Positions 22,197-31,314 of a DNA stretch of 64,000 nt are shown in pieces. A model generated the notes under the pieces. It saw nothing but the letters and a program-made list of their open reading frames with translations. It searched no databases and was not told the DNA's origin. Every line of letters starts with the position of its first letter. Position 1 is the stretch's first letter. The position numbers and the translations under genes were made by a program. The DNA comes from a virus. Lineage: Duplodnaviria; Heunggongvirae; Uroviricota; Caudoviricetes. Location of the stretch: IMG/VR virus record IMGVR_UViG_3300042894_001948, one strand, 5' to 3'.

Positions 22197-22214
22197 CTTA
22201 ATGTAAATACAAAT

Positions 22215-22502
22215 ATGATTATCTCTACAGAATACTGTATTAATGAATATACAAGAATTAGTAAACTTGGGAACACCCATACCTATTTTCGAAAAAAAAC
22301 TATAGTTACATTACGATGCGATAATTGCAATTTAATGTTTACTCGTAATAAAGGTTCGATGGATCCGGCACGATTAACTAATCAATTCTATCATGTATGT
22401 AGTAGTTGTAATGCTAAACAATTTGCACAATCAAAAGGTGTTGAAAGAAGAAAAATATGGGAAATGCCAGTTAGTAGTCTAAAGACATTAGACCAATTAT
22501 AA
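22215..22502 (+). CDS. Small Cys-rich (zinc-ribbon-like) protein, ~95 aa
   Basis: ATG at 22215 (MIISTEYCINEY…). It carries C-x2-C…C-x2-C pairs (LRCDNCN … CSSCN). The longer ATG-initiated ORFs upstream are probably artefactual extensions into the fibre-gene leader. Confidence 0.45.
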   Translation: MIISTEYCINEYTRISKLGNTHTYFRKKTIVTLRCDNCNLMFTRNKGSMDPARLTNQFYHVCSSCNAKQFAQSKGVERRKIWEMPVSSLKTLDQL

Positions 22503-22521
22503 ATATGAAAAAGGAGATATT

Positions 22522-22854
22522 ATGTTTGAATTTATCAAATCATTATTTAAAAGAAAACCTGCTAACACTCAATCATCAGATCCTGTGTTAATCCATGCAG
22601 ATATTGGCGAGAGTGTTGTTATTACAGAAGTTTCATTAGCAGAGGTAAAACCAAAAAAACCAAAGGTAACTAAATTAAAAGAAGTTGAACCAGTTAAACC
22701 TGTAACTCCTGCAGTAGCTAAAGGTGTTAAAGCAGCTAAACCAAAAACACCTAAACCTAAACAGGCAAAAGTTGAACCTGCAAAAATTGTGCAACTTGTA
22801 CAACCGTTACCAACTAAGAAAAAAGGTCGTCCTAAAAAAGATACTACTGTTTAG
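22522..22854 (+). CDS. Lysine/proline-rich histone-H1/AlgP-like DNA-binding protein with an AT-hook (KKKGRPKKD)
   Basis: RBS AAAGGAG-N7-ATG. The C-terminal two-thirds are KPK/AKP repeats (…KPKKPKVTKLKEVEPVKPVTPAVAKGVKAAKPKTPKPKQAKVEPAK…KKKGRPKKDT). A clean terminator follows. Confidence 0.6.
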   Translation: MFEFIKSLFKRKPANTQSSDPVLIHADIGESVVITEVSLAEVKPKKPKVTKLKEVEPVKPVTPAVAKGVKAAKPKTPKPKQAKVEPAKIVQLVQPLPTKKKGRPKKDTTV

Positions 22855-22860
22855 TCATTA

Positions 22861-22888
22861 AAAAAGGCAGCCTAAGCTGCCTTTTTTC
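22861..22888. terminator. Bidirectional rho-independent terminator between convergent genes
   Basis: aaaaaGGCAGCctaaGCTGCCtttttt: a GC-rich 6-bp stem flanked by an A-run and a T-run. Confidence 0.7.
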
Positions 22889-23419
22889 TTATCCTGTATA
22901 TCTACAGTGGCTTTTACGAGTTTCCCACAGCTCAACTGCAGTAACCTTTGCTACATCACCTATACGTGATTGAGCATACTCAAACAAATATTTACAAATG
23001 TTTTCGCTTGTTGGTACAAAATCAACTAATACAAAACTATTATAATGTAATTGCATACTGTCTGTTAGCCCAACCCAGTTATAACTTCCTAAATTTGAAA
23101 AGTTTTTAAAATCTTCAATCTTAGGCATGTGACTTGCTGTGATCATATCAAAATTTGGATCGTTAATATCAATCATAAATTTATGATCCAATACATCATC
23201 TACAAATTGTTTCATAAAGTTTAAATTCTTAAAGTCTGTAACCATTTCTGAATGATCTAACGTATCAGAACCTAAAAATACTTTAATTGAATAGCTGTGT
23301 CCGTGTAAATGCTTGCAGGCACAGTCAGTTGAAATACTTAACTCAACATGATTTAATTTTTGTGCCCATACTCTGTGTCCGCCTTCCCACGAAAATGTTT
23401 TGTCTATTTCCCACTTCAT
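22889..23419 (-). CDS. queD: 6-carboxy-5,6,7,8-tetrahydropterin synthase (QueD/PTPS family)
   Basis: Has the C-x3-H-G-H zinc motif (CKHLHGHSYSIKVFLG), a …MVTDF…LDH… core and a C-terminal …ETRKSHCRYTG. These are collinear with E. coli QueD (CGRLHGHSFMVRLEI…IIDF…LDH…ETCTAGCIYRGE). Confidence 0.75.
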   Translation of the reverse strand: MKWEIDKTFSWEGGHRVWAQKLNHVELSISTDCACKHLHGHSYSIKVFLGSDTLDHSEMVTDFKNLNFMKQFVDDVLDHKFMIDINDPNFDMITASHMPKIEDFKNFSNLGSYNWVGLTDSMQLHYNSFVLVDFVPTSENICKYLFEYAQSRIGDVAKVTAVELWETRKSHCRYTG

Positions 23420-23597
23420 ATATAAATTCCTATTGTTAAATTAAAAACATATTATACATTATTTAGAAAATTTTGTCAATCAGATAATAAATAGAAAGGT
23501 AGTTCACGGAATAGGGATTCCTAACTACTTTATTTATCTAAAACTAAAAGAACAATATTAGGTTGGGAAATAATTGAAATCTCAAAATGCATACCTT

Positions 23598-23621
23598 AAA
23601 TAAATGGGAGATTAATCTCCC
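23598..23621 (-). terminator. Perfect 9-bp-stem hairpin between two minus-strand genes (possible attenuator/terminator)
   Basis: AATGGGAGAttaaTCTCCCATT. The flanking T-tract is weak, so the call is tentative. Confidence 0.3.
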
Positions 23622-23685
23622 ATTTCATATAATTGCCTGTCTATTAAAAAGCTATATTATATAATCATTGCTTCAAGAAGTCAAC

Positions 23686-24114
23686 CTACTTCTTCATTTC
23701 AGTACAACTATCTACTGCTGGACATTCATTGCAAATATCAGTATTAGTTGCTTTACAATTTACAATAATCTTTACATGTTCAAGATCTGTTGAAATGTCA
23801 TTTAATATCTGATATTCATTATGTATTGCTCTAACTAACTTACCTATTGTACTAACCGTCCAATACCACCAATTTATACTAACTATTAAGCTAACCGAAA
23901 TAATACCCCACCAAATTAAATTGTTATTAAGACTAGACAGATAAAACCAGCTAGCAATTATGCAACATACTGCTACTACTACTATTGAACTAGCATACAG
24001 CCACATTCTTCGTTGACGATAAATTATTTCCAATTCAACGGTGTGCTCATCTATTGTTCCTTGTCTATTATTGTCATTTGTCATTACACTCCTAAAGCAC
24101 CAAACGGTTTCCAT
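23686..24114 (-). CDS. Membrane protein (2 TM helices) with a Cys-rich C-terminal tail
   Basis: Hydrophobic stretches LYASSIVVVAVCCIIASWFYL and IWWGIISVSLIVSINWWYWTV, with C-terminal …CKATNTDICNECPAVDSC. Confidence 0.5.
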   Translation of the reverse strand: METVWCFRSVMTNDNNRQGTIDEHTVELEIIYRQRRMWLYASSIVVVAVCCIIASWFYLSSLNNNLIWWGIISVSLIVSINWWYWTVSTIGKLVRAIHNEYQILNDISTDLEHVKIIVNCKATNTDICNECPAVDSCTEMKK

Positions 24115-25541
24115 TCACCTGGGGTGCCACTACGAATACATACCCATCCTACATACCCATCATTTATTGGATTTTTACTCCATATAATATCCCCTGTGGT
24201 GTATTCTCCAGCTGCCGGTACTCCGTCACCTACTATAAATTTCTTATTGTTAAAACTAACAGCTCCGCTGACTGAAAAACTAACAGACGGATCAGGATTA
24301 TTGATCCCAATAGATACTGGCCCAAATACTTTTACCGGACGACGGGTATTTTGTAAAGATCCAATTACTATCTCAGAATTAGAAGCATATAGTACAGCAT
24401 TATCATCTACACTCATTGATACAGCAGTAACCGCTACTAATTTTGATGTCTCAATGGAATCAATCAATAACTTACCAACAGTTACATTTCCAGATAGTGT
24501 TGTATCACCGGCAACTGTTAACTCTTTTAAGTTTCCAACAGATTCTAATTTAGAAGTTACGACGGAATCACCTAACTTAGTTTCCGAAATAACTTCTATA
24601 CCATTAATAAAATATGATTTATCTGCAGACACATCAATCGATTCGCTTGACCACAATCTACATGGATCAGATTTTAATAATAGATGCGATGACGTATTAT
24701 TGACGTTATTCCATTGTAACCCTTTATTGTATATGCCTTCTGTAGTTGTCTCGTTAAACATTAACGACGATGTTCTTTCAACACGAATATCAGAAACAAC
24801 CGAATCTGCATATAATGAACCAAACACTCTTAATACAGCTGATTTATTAAACTGATTACCAATTTCAACATCGCCTGAATGTTTAATTAAAATTCGATCA
24901 ATATTATCGGTTATAATAGAAAAGTCATGATTTGAGTTAGTTCCAATTGATGCAATATTATTTGCTGGACTACCTATTGAAATCTCAACATTATTATCAA
25001 TTATGCTAATTGATGCTGATGGATCAGTTGTACCTAACCCTAACCGATTTGTATTTTCATCAAAATATGCAAATCCGCCAATAGCAGCTGACCCTATTAC
25101 AGAAAGTGCAGTTAATGCACCTACTTGTCTAAGATTACTCTTTGTAACAGTTGGACCTAACGAAGTTAAACTTAGCACTGCAGTATTGTCAATTAAGTAT
25201 GATGACTCAACTGATATATCAATGTTACTAGAAGTCCATATGCGATTGCCTGTTCGATAAATTAACTGGGTTGCACCTTCTTCACATGTCCATGTAATAC
25301 CTTTGCCGTTTAGCTCACTAAACGTTTTTGCATACCAATTACCAAAATCAGTAGTCTCTGATATTAACTCTTTAACTCGTAATGTATTTGCAGTAATGTT
25401 ACGAGATTGCAAATCACCGTAAATGTTAACTGAACCGTGTGTTATTGTGTTACCATTAATACTAACATTACTATTGATTTCTGAAACAGCTAACTTATCA
25501 ATAAGAACGGTATCGTTTTGAATATTAAATATATGTGTCAT
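24084..25541 (-). CDS. Tail-fibre-like protein (485 aa)
   Basis: Asn/Ser/Thr/Gly-rich beta composition. The C-terminal tip …GDIIWSKNPINDGYVGWVCIRSGTPGEWKPFGALGV resembles the conserved C-terminal tip motif of many phage tail fibres. Confidence 0.65.
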   Translation of the reverse strand: MTHIFNIQNDTVLIDKLAVSEINSNVSINGNTITHGSVNIYGDLQSRNITANTLRVKELISETTDFGNWYAKTFSELNGKGITWTCEEGATQLIYRTGNRIWTSSNIDISVESSYLIDNTAVLSLTSLGPTVTKSNLRQVGALTALSVIGSAAIGGFAYFDENTNRLGLGTTDPSASISIIDNNVEISIGSPANNIASIGTNSNHDFSIITDNIDRILIKHSGDVEIGNQFNKSAVLRVFGSLYADSVVSDIRVERTSSLMFNETTTEGIYNKGLQWNNVNNTSSHLLLKSDPCRLWSSESIDVSADKSYFINGIEVISETKLGDSVVTSKLESVGNLKELTVAGDTTLSGNVTVGKLLIDSIETSKLVAVTAVSMSVDDNAVLYASNSEIVIGSLQNTRRPVKVFGPVSIGINNPDPSVSFSVSGAVSFNNKKFIVGDGVPAAGEYTTGDIIWSKNPINDGYVGWVCIRSGTPGEWKPFGALGV

Positions 25542-25601
25542 AATTAAGTCTCTTTTTAATATTTATCATAATTATGGCGAGTATCAGACACACGGAAATC
25601 T

Positions 25602-25609
25602 TATAAATA
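25602..25609 (+). promoter_or_regulatory. T4-late-type promoter box TATAAATA, 19 nt upstream of the structural gene ATG
   Basis: Exact TATAAATA at 25602-25609 in the divergent intergenic region before the 871-aa structural gene. This is the consensus of gp55-dependent late promoters in T4-like phages. Confidence 0.4.
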
Positions 25610-25627
25610 CTGCAAACGAGAACAAAT

Positions 25628-28243
25628 ATGGAACTAACTGTTTGGACACAACCATCGGGGTCTCTTGGTACATTCCAAGAGGACTCTAATTTTAATTTAC
25701 AATTACCTGTTAACGATGACAGCACTATTGCTTACAAGGTTATTTCAGGAAAACTACCTGGCGGGTTATGGTTAAACCACGACCACATACTAGGTACTCC
25801 GTATGAAGTTGCTCGAAATACAAAGTTTTCTTTTTGTATTAGAGCAAGTAAAAATAATCAAATTGCTGATAGAACATTCACTATTACAATCAGCGGACCA
25901 GATAACCCTGTAATTTTAACTCCGCCTGGCTTATTAAACATCGGACCACATAAACAATTGTTTATGATTGACAACGCATTTATTAATTACCAAATAAACG
26001 CATTTGATACTGATACTATTGCAGGACAAAAATTAACATACTTTATAACAGAAGGTACCCTACCCCCAGGGTTGTCTCTTACACCGGATGGTGTAATTTA
26101 TGGTATTGTAGAACCAGTAACTAGCTTAAAAGTAGGAGAAGGTAATGGTAAGTATGATTACGGCCTGTATGATGCCGGTAATTATGATCTTGCAAATCCG
26201 CCATCGCAAAACAATTACGATGTAATTGTTTACGACTATACTATGGGATATGATTCAAGTTTTATACCACAGCCAAAAGCAATTAATAGATACTACGAAT
26301 TTGTTGTAACTGTAACTGACGGAGACACTACTTCCCCACCGTATCGCAAATTTCAAATATATGTAGTTAACCCGGCATCGTTTAGAGCTGACTCAGAATC
26401 GTTAATTTCAAATTCTAACGTATACACTGCAGATACAACTTACGTCCAAGCTCCGGTATGGCTTACATCCTCTAATTTAGGAACATACCGAGCAAACAAC
26501 TATGTAACATTAGTACTTGATGTATTTGATACATACTCGTTATACTACAAATTAGAACCTATCAATGCCTTATCTTTAGCAACCGCCACTCGTAGATTAC
26601 CGCAAGATGGCGGATCATTTGATTATAACAGAGTTGGTAGTTATATTGTTACTACAACTGCAACTGTTGTATCACCGGTAGTCGGGCATTACGTAAAATT
26701 TGCTGGTTCTAAAATATTTAATAGAATTGCAGAAGTGCATTCCTACACAACTAACGAGTACACTCTTACATTACACTCTCCCCTTGATGTTAGTTTAACT
26801 AACGGAACACAGTTTTTTATTGGAACAAAGAGTGAAATACCTCTAGGTATGCGATTTGATGAAATTTCAGGAGATGTATTTGGAAAAGTACCTGCACAGT
26901 CTGCAATTACAAAGTCATATAGCTTTACTGTAACTGCAATTCGAATCGGCGATGTAAATACTACTGAAATTAATAGTGTGTCAAGAGTCTTTACAGTTGA
27001 TATTATTGGAGAAATTGATAGTGCTATTACTTGGAATACTCCTAGCAACTTAGGCCATGTTGATGCAGGATACGTTTCATTACTTAATATTAATGCTACT
27101 ACGTCTATCCCAAATGCAAGCATAATTTATAATATAACTTCTGGACAGTTACCTCCGGGATTATCATTAGAATTTGACGGTGAAATAACTGGTAAAGTAC
27201 AACAATTTGGTAATACTATTAACTTTGACAATAACGCTACTACATTTGATACAGATGAGTTAGAATACAGAGTTACATTTGATACTTACAAACTTAGACT
27301 ATTCCCGTTATTAGCAGATGCTAATTATACATTAAATCCGGCATCTGGTTTGCAAGATAAAAACACAACGTTTGATTTTAATCTTACAACAATCGGATCA
27401 GTATTAAACACAACTACATTTAACCAAACTAACAAAGAATACGGACTAACGTCATTTGATTTATACATTGATTCTACTACATTTGATAATAGGCTTACAA
27501 CTATTGATCGAGTATACAATTTTACAGTTACTGCATCTGATCAATATTACTATAGCGCATCGGTTAGATCATTTAAAATAGCAATAGAAGTACCAAATAA
27601 TATTGAATATAGCAATATATCAGTTAAACCGTTCTTAAATCCGGCACATCGAGTAATTTGGTCTAAATTTATTAACGATTCCGCAATATTTACGCCAGAC
27701 AATATTTATAGACCATACGATTCACTGTTTGGAATACAAGATAACTTGTCAATGTTGCTATATGCCGGAATTGAAACAAGTGATTTAGGTCATTTTAGTG
27801 TATTAACAACCGAAACCATTAAACGATTCCAATTTGAAAACGTTTATAAAGCAATTGCATATAACCCCGGTACTAAAACACCAGTTTATGAAGTAATATA
27901 CGTGAAAATGATAGATCCAATGTTAGCAGATACGCTATATGATAAAAATAATGTCACACAATGGCGGTCTCAAATTTCAAAGCTTGGTAAATTAAAATGG
28001 GATTATATGCCATTGTGGATGAGATCAGTGCAACCGGATTCTAGAACGCAGTTAGGATTTACATTAGCAATTCCGTTGTGTTTTTGTAAGGTCGGAACAG
28101 CTGACAACATACTGTTAAATATTAAGTATAGTAATTTTGATTTTAAACTAATAGATTACACAGTTGATAGAGTAATAATAAACAAAATTATCGGTGATAA
28201 CACTGATAAATATATTGCATTTAATAATAGGAACCTCCAATGA
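25628..28243 (+). CDS. Virion structural protein (871 aa) with putative-Ig (He_PIG-like) repeats; baseplate/tail-fibre-associated candidate
   Basis: Recurrent …G.LP.GL.L……I.G.P/V motifs: ISGKLPGGLWLNHDHILGTPYEV, TEGTLPPGLSLTPDGVIYGIV, TSGQLPPGLSLEFDGEITGKV, DEISGDVFGKV. Confidence 0.7.
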   Translation: MELTVWTQPSGSLGTFQEDSNFNLQLPVNDDSTIAYKVISGKLPGGLWLNHDHILGTPYEVARNTKFSFCIRASKNNQIADRTFTITISGPDNPVILTPPGLLNIGPHKQLFMIDNAFINYQINAFDTDTIAGQKLTYFITEGTLPPGLSLTPDGVIYGIVEPVTSLKVGEGNGKYDYGLYDAGNYDLANPPSQNNYDVIVYDYTMGYDSSFIPQPKAINRYYEFVVTVTDGDTTSPPYRKFQIYVVNPASFRADSESLISNSNVYTADTTYVQAPVWLTSSNLGTYRANNYVTLVLDVFDTYSLYYKLEPINALSLATATRRLPQDGGSFDYNRVGSYIVTTTATVVSPVVGHYVKFAGSKIFNRIAEVHSYTTNEYTLTLHSPLDVSLTNGTQFFIGTKSEIPLGMRFDEISGDVFGKVPAQSAITKSYSFTVTAIRIGDVNTTEINSVSRVFTVDIIGEIDSAITWNTPSNLGHVDAGYVSLLNINATTSIPNASIIYNITSGQLPPGLSLEFDGEITGKVQQFGNTINFDNNATTFDTDELEYRVTFDTYKLRLFPLLADANYTLNPASGLQDKNTTFDFNLTTIGSVLNTTTFNQTNKEYGLTSFDLYIDSTTFDNRLTTIDRVYNFTVTASDQYYYSASVRSFKIAIEVPNNIEYSNISVKPFLNPAHRVIWSKFINDSAIFTPDNIYRPYDSLFGIQDNLSMLLYAGIETSDLGHFSVLTTETIKRFQFENVYKAIAYNPGTKTPVYEVIYVKMIDPMLADTLYDKNNVTQWRSQISKLGKLKWDYMPLWMRSVQPDSRTQLGFTLAIPLCFCKVGTADNILLNIKYSNFDFKLIDYTVDRVIINKIIGDNTDKYIAFNNRNLQ

Positions 28244-28815
28244 GTAATATAGTAGCAACAACAATCGATATTCATTACCCGGTAGCGGGTGTCGATAACG
28301 ACAGTAAAGGATTTCGTGACAATTTTGCACGAATTCAAACTGCATTAGCTCAAGCTAAAGCAGAACTTGAACAATTTGAAACACATGCAGTATTAAAAAC
28401 ACCATTAGCCGGCGCAGGTGTTTCAACAAACGATTTATCCGGCGGCATACTGCTTAATGGCAGATATAATAAATTTTACGCTACATCTTATTCTGCAACT
28501 ATTACTGATACTAGTGTTGATGTTTCTTTGTGGAACGGTGAGTTTCAAAAATTTACATTAACGCAAAATACTTCACTTACGTTTAGTCATTGGCCAGTTA
28601 CTGGTTTATACGGTATTATAAGATTACATCTAATTGCTGGAACGTCAAACTCAGTAGCTATAACACTAGGAACCTCGAGCGGTGGCACAGTTATCGAAGA
28701 AACCGGATTTCCGGTTTTAGAAATTGACAATGAGGCATATCAATCGATCGAAGCATTTAGCTATGACGGTGGTACAAATGTGTTTTACAGATATTTAGGT
28801 CGTTATGAATTTTAA
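28240..28815 (+). CDS. Structural-module protein (191 aa); its N-terminal motif resembles the giant fibre N-terminus
   Basis: ATGA overlap with the upstream gene. N-terminal …GVDNDSKGFRDNFARIQTAL… parallels …GTGDSIRDAFRKVNANFTEI… of the 4426-aa protein. Confidence 0.55.
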   Translation: MSNIVATTIDIHYPVAGVDNDSKGFRDNFARIQTALAQAKAELEQFETHAVLKTPLAGAGVSTNDLSGGILLNGRYNKFYATSYSATITDTSVDVSLWNGEFQKFTLTQNTSLTFSHWPVTGLYGIIRLHLIAGTSNSVAITLGTSSGGTVIEETGFPVLEIDNEAYQSIEAFSYDGGTNVFYRYLGRYEF

Positions 28816-28817
28816 TT

Positions 28818-29048
28818 ATGCATCCATTAGTATATAATTTATCAGAGTTAAAGACTACTGAGTTAGAAGCAAAGATAAACGACTTAACTAAAAAATATTT
28901 TATGACTTCAAATTATGAATTACAAAACCAAATTACTATTATGTTAGACGCATATAAGGAAGAGTTAAGTAATAGACAACGTGAGGAATGGAATAAAGTA
29001 ATGGAATCTAGAAATAAAGGACTTGACAAACTAATAAATGTAAGTTAA
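28818..29048 (+). CDS. Hypothetical protein (76 aa), predicted coiled-coil
   Basis: Tightly packed ORF immediately after the previous stop. Charged/heptad-like sequence. Confidence 0.4.
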   Translation: MHPLVYNLSELKTTELEAKINDLTKKYFMTSNYELQNQITIMLDAYKEELSNRQREEWNKVMESRNKGLDKLINVS

Positions 29049-29057
29049 AATACATAC

Positions 29058-29567
29058 ATGAAATTAGATAAATTTGCAAACCCAATTTTTAACGAATCTG
29101 ATGTGTTTGATGTCTTGTATTCAGGACATCAAACATCATTATCAAATATTGTAGTTGAAAACACTTACGAATTTTCACAACTTTCTAAAATAGCAGAGAT
29201 GACCTTTGCTACATTTGATTCATCAACATACGACTTATCGATTGACGAGTTTGATAGCAAATCACAAGACTGCTGGTTTATGCCAATTGAATATTATTCA
29301 TTTGATGTACAAGAGTATTGTATATCAAAATGTACATCTAGTACTGAACAAACACGAGTTTTAGATGAGCTAGCAGAATTTAAAAAAAGAAACATGATTC
29401 GATTACTGCAATGGCTTAAATTTTTTGTAGATACCTGTTTACAAGAAAATATTATTTGGGGCGTAGGAAGAGGATCTAGTGTTTCTAGTTTCGTGTTATA
29501 TTTGTTAAATGTTCACAAAATAGATAGTATTAAATATAATTTAGATTGGCGAGAGTTTTTAAGATAA
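29058..29567 (+). CDS. Hypothetical protein (169 aa)
   Basis: ORF with compact spacing. No recognisable motif. Confidence 0.5.
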   Translation: MKLDKFANPIFNESDVFDVLYSGHQTSLSNIVVENTYEFSQLSKIAEMTFATFDSSTYDLSIDEFDSKSQDCWFMPIEYYSFDVQEYCISKCTSSTEQTRVLDELAEFKKRNMIRLLQWLKFFVDTCLQENIIWGVGRGSSVSSFVLYLLNVHKIDSIKYNLDWREFLR

Positions 29568-29589
29568 GTAACTAATAAAGGAGAATAAC

Positions 29590-29934
29590 ATGGCATTATA
29601 CAAAACAGCTAAAGGTAAAGTAATTGATATGGCTAGACTAGCAAGTCAAAACGAACTTGCAGTTGCAGTAAGCAACGTTCGCATTAACGCAAGAGGCGAC
29701 GAATTAGGTCCAGGTGGTCAAATTATTCGTAAACAACCGGATGTTCCACATGTTCCGTCTACAGGAACACCAGTTGAAATATATTCTGCACCAGTACAGA
29801 CTGCACAACCTATAATTAAAGAACAACCTAAAGTACAACCGGCATTAACTACACCGGCTCCGGTTTTTGAGCCAATAGTCGAATCAGTTGCATCCGATTT
29901 TACTAAAGCTAACAACAATAAAGGTAAACAATGA
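29590..29934 (+). CDS. Hypothetical protein (114 aa)
   Basis: RBS AAAGGAG-N6-ATG. ATGA overlap with the downstream GroES-like gene. Confidence 0.55.
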   Translation: MALYKTAKGKVIDMARLASQNELAVAVSNVRINARGDELGPGGQIIRKQPDVPHVPSTGTPVEIYSAPVQTAQPIIKEQPKVQPALTTPAPVFEPIVESVASDFTKANNNKGKQ

Positions 29935-30314
29935 TTGTAACAGGACACCTAGATACTATTCATGATAATGTGTTAATTACAGATATGAACTTTGCAGAAC
30001 AATTTTCTGCAGGCGGGATTATTGTTAGCAGTGACAACGGTAAAACTGAAGGTATTAAACCTCGTTGGGGCAAAGTATTTAAAGTTGGTCCAGATCAATC
30101 TGACGTTAACGTCGGTGATTGGATTTTAATAGAACATGGTCGATGGACACGTGGTGTCGAAGTTGAAGACACTAACGGTAGCATTGTTACTGTTAGACGA
30201 GTTGAAACTAAAGCAATTATTGCAGTTTCAGATCATTTACCCACAGACGTCAACCTAGGCGCATCAAACGCATCAACTGTACAAGAGTTTGACTTTAGTC
30301 AGCCAATGTACTAA
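29931..30314 (+). CDS. Co-chaperonin GroES / T4 gp31-like protein
   Basis: The pattern …SAGGIIVSSDNGK…GKVFKVGPD……VNVGDWILIE……SIVTVRRVE..AIIAVSD parallels GroES (SAGGIVL…GEVLAVG…VKVGDIV…ESDILAIV). Confidence 0.55.
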   Translation: MIVTGHLDTIHDNVLITDMNFAEQFSAGGIIVSSDNGKTEGIKPRWGKVFKVGPDQSDVNVGDWILIEHGRWTRGVEVEDTNGSIVTVRRVETKAIIAVSDHLPTDVNLGASNASTVQEFDFSQPMY

Positions 30315-30320
30315 CCTGTG

Positions 30321-30351
30321 AAGACGCAGTATTTGACATACTGCGTCTTTT
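30321..30351 (+). terminator. Rho-independent terminator whose loop carries the -35 box of the next promoter
   Basis: AAGACGCAGTATttgacATACTGCGTCTTtt: a 12-bp perfect stem followed by a T-tract. Confidence 0.6.
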
Positions 30352-30361
30352 ACGCTATAAT
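30333..30361 (+). promoter_or_regulatory. Consensus sigma70 promoter TTGACA-N17-TATAAT
   Basis: TTGACA at 30333-30338 and TATAAT at 30356-30361, about 30 nt upstream of the clamp-loader ATG. Confidence 0.6.
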
Positions 30362-30391
30362 ACACTTTTAAACTAATCAATAGGTATCACA

Positions 30392-31312
30392 ATGGCAACA
30401 AAATCATTATGGGTAGAATCTTACCGTCCTGCAACTCTTGACGGATATGTATTCAAAGACGACAGACAACAACAACAGATACAGAGTTGGATTGAACAAA
30501 AAAGTATTCCGCATTTATTGTTTAGTGGCGGCGCAGGTGTGGGCAAAACAACACTTGCAAAAATATTATTTAATGAATTAGAAATAGATGATTTGGATAT
30601 TTTAGAAATCAACGCATCTCGTGAACGCGGCATTGACGCAATGCGAGATAGAATTACAAACTTTATTCAAATGATACCGTTTGGTGAGTTTAAAGTAGTG
30701 CTACTTGACGAAGCTGACTTCTTAACACCGCCTGCACAGGCTAGCTTACGTGGTATTATGGAAGAATATTCCGATACATCAAGATTTGTACTAACATGTA
30801 ACTACCCAAATAAAATTATTCCTGCTATTCATTCGAGATGTCAAGGATTCCATATTGAAAAAGTTGATAGTGTAGAATTTACTGCACGAGTTGCTACAAT
30901 TTTAATGGAAGAAAACATTGAATTTGAGTTAGATACACTTGATACTTATGTTAAAGCAACTTATCCAGATTTAAGAAAATGTATTAACACTATTCAAATG
31001 AATAGCATATCTGGTGTACTTAAAACGTCGGCTACTGGTGATGCAGGACTTCCTGACTACAAACTTGAAATGGTTGACTTATTTAAAGCAGGTAAAATTG
31101 ATACTGCCCGTAAATTATTATGCTCTCAAGCACGTCCGGAAGAAATGGAAGAGATTTATAGATGGTTATACGATAATATTAGTGTATTTGGCGATGAAGA
31201 TAAACAACGCAAAGCAATTCTTATTATTAAACAAGGTCTAGTCGATCATGCGCTAATATGTGATGCAGAGATTAATTTATCTGCTACATTAATACGATTA
31301 GGCAATCTGTAA
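30392..31312 (+). CDS. Clamp-loader ATPase subunit (RFC small-subunit / T4 gp44-like)
   Basis: Walker A GGAGVGKTT, DEAD-box-like LLDEADFLT and the sensor-1 SRC. The length (306 aa) and order of motifs match the RFC/gp44 family. Confidence 0.85.
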   Translation: MATKSLWVESYRPATLDGYVFKDDRQQQQIQSWIEQKSIPHLLFSGGAGVGKTTLAKILFNELEIDDLDILEINASRERGIDAMRDRITNFIQMIPFGEFKVVLLDEADFLTPPAQASLRGIMEEYSDTSRFVLTCNYPNKIIPAIHSRCQGFHIEKVDSVEFTARVATILMEENIEFELDTLDTYVKATYPDLRKCINTIQMNSISGVLKTSATGDAGLPDYKLEMVDLFKAGKIDTARKLLCSQARPEEMEEIYRWLYDNISVFGDEDKQRKAILIIKQGLVDHALICDAEINLSATLIRLGNL

Positions 31313-31314
31313 AC

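Noticed and set aside
1830-22206. Numerous 60-150-aa ORFs on the plus strand inside the three minus-strand fibre genes (for example 2094-2285, 4524-4709, 6060-6293, 7152-7379, 7976-8428, 9719-10078, 13280-13498, 14078-14338, 14966-15172, 18359-18562, 20282-20539, 22015-22206) and short minus ORFs (1830-2021, 9792-9980)
   Set aside because: Antisense or alternative-frame shadow ORFs inside long, clearly coding genes. They have no RBS and low-complexity nonsense composition.
22065-22502. 145-aa ORF starting inside the leader of the giant fibre gene
   Set aside because: The N-terminal 50 residues overlap the minus-strand gene start and its RBS. The plausible gene is the shorter version from the ATG at 22215.
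24013-24855. 280-aa plus-strand ORF overlapping the 485-aa minus-strand tail-fibre gene
   Set aside because: Its translation is Pro/Ser/Thr low-complexity without motifs. The opposite strand has fibre-like composition, a conserved C-terminal tip motif and proper gene context. It is most likely an antisense artefact.
26743-28345. Minus-strand ORFs 26743-27123, 27325-27519, 28148-28345 inside or abutting the 871-aa plus-strand gene
   Set aside because: They are embedded antisense to a well-supported gene, with hydrophobic junk composition typical of an AT-rich reverse strand.
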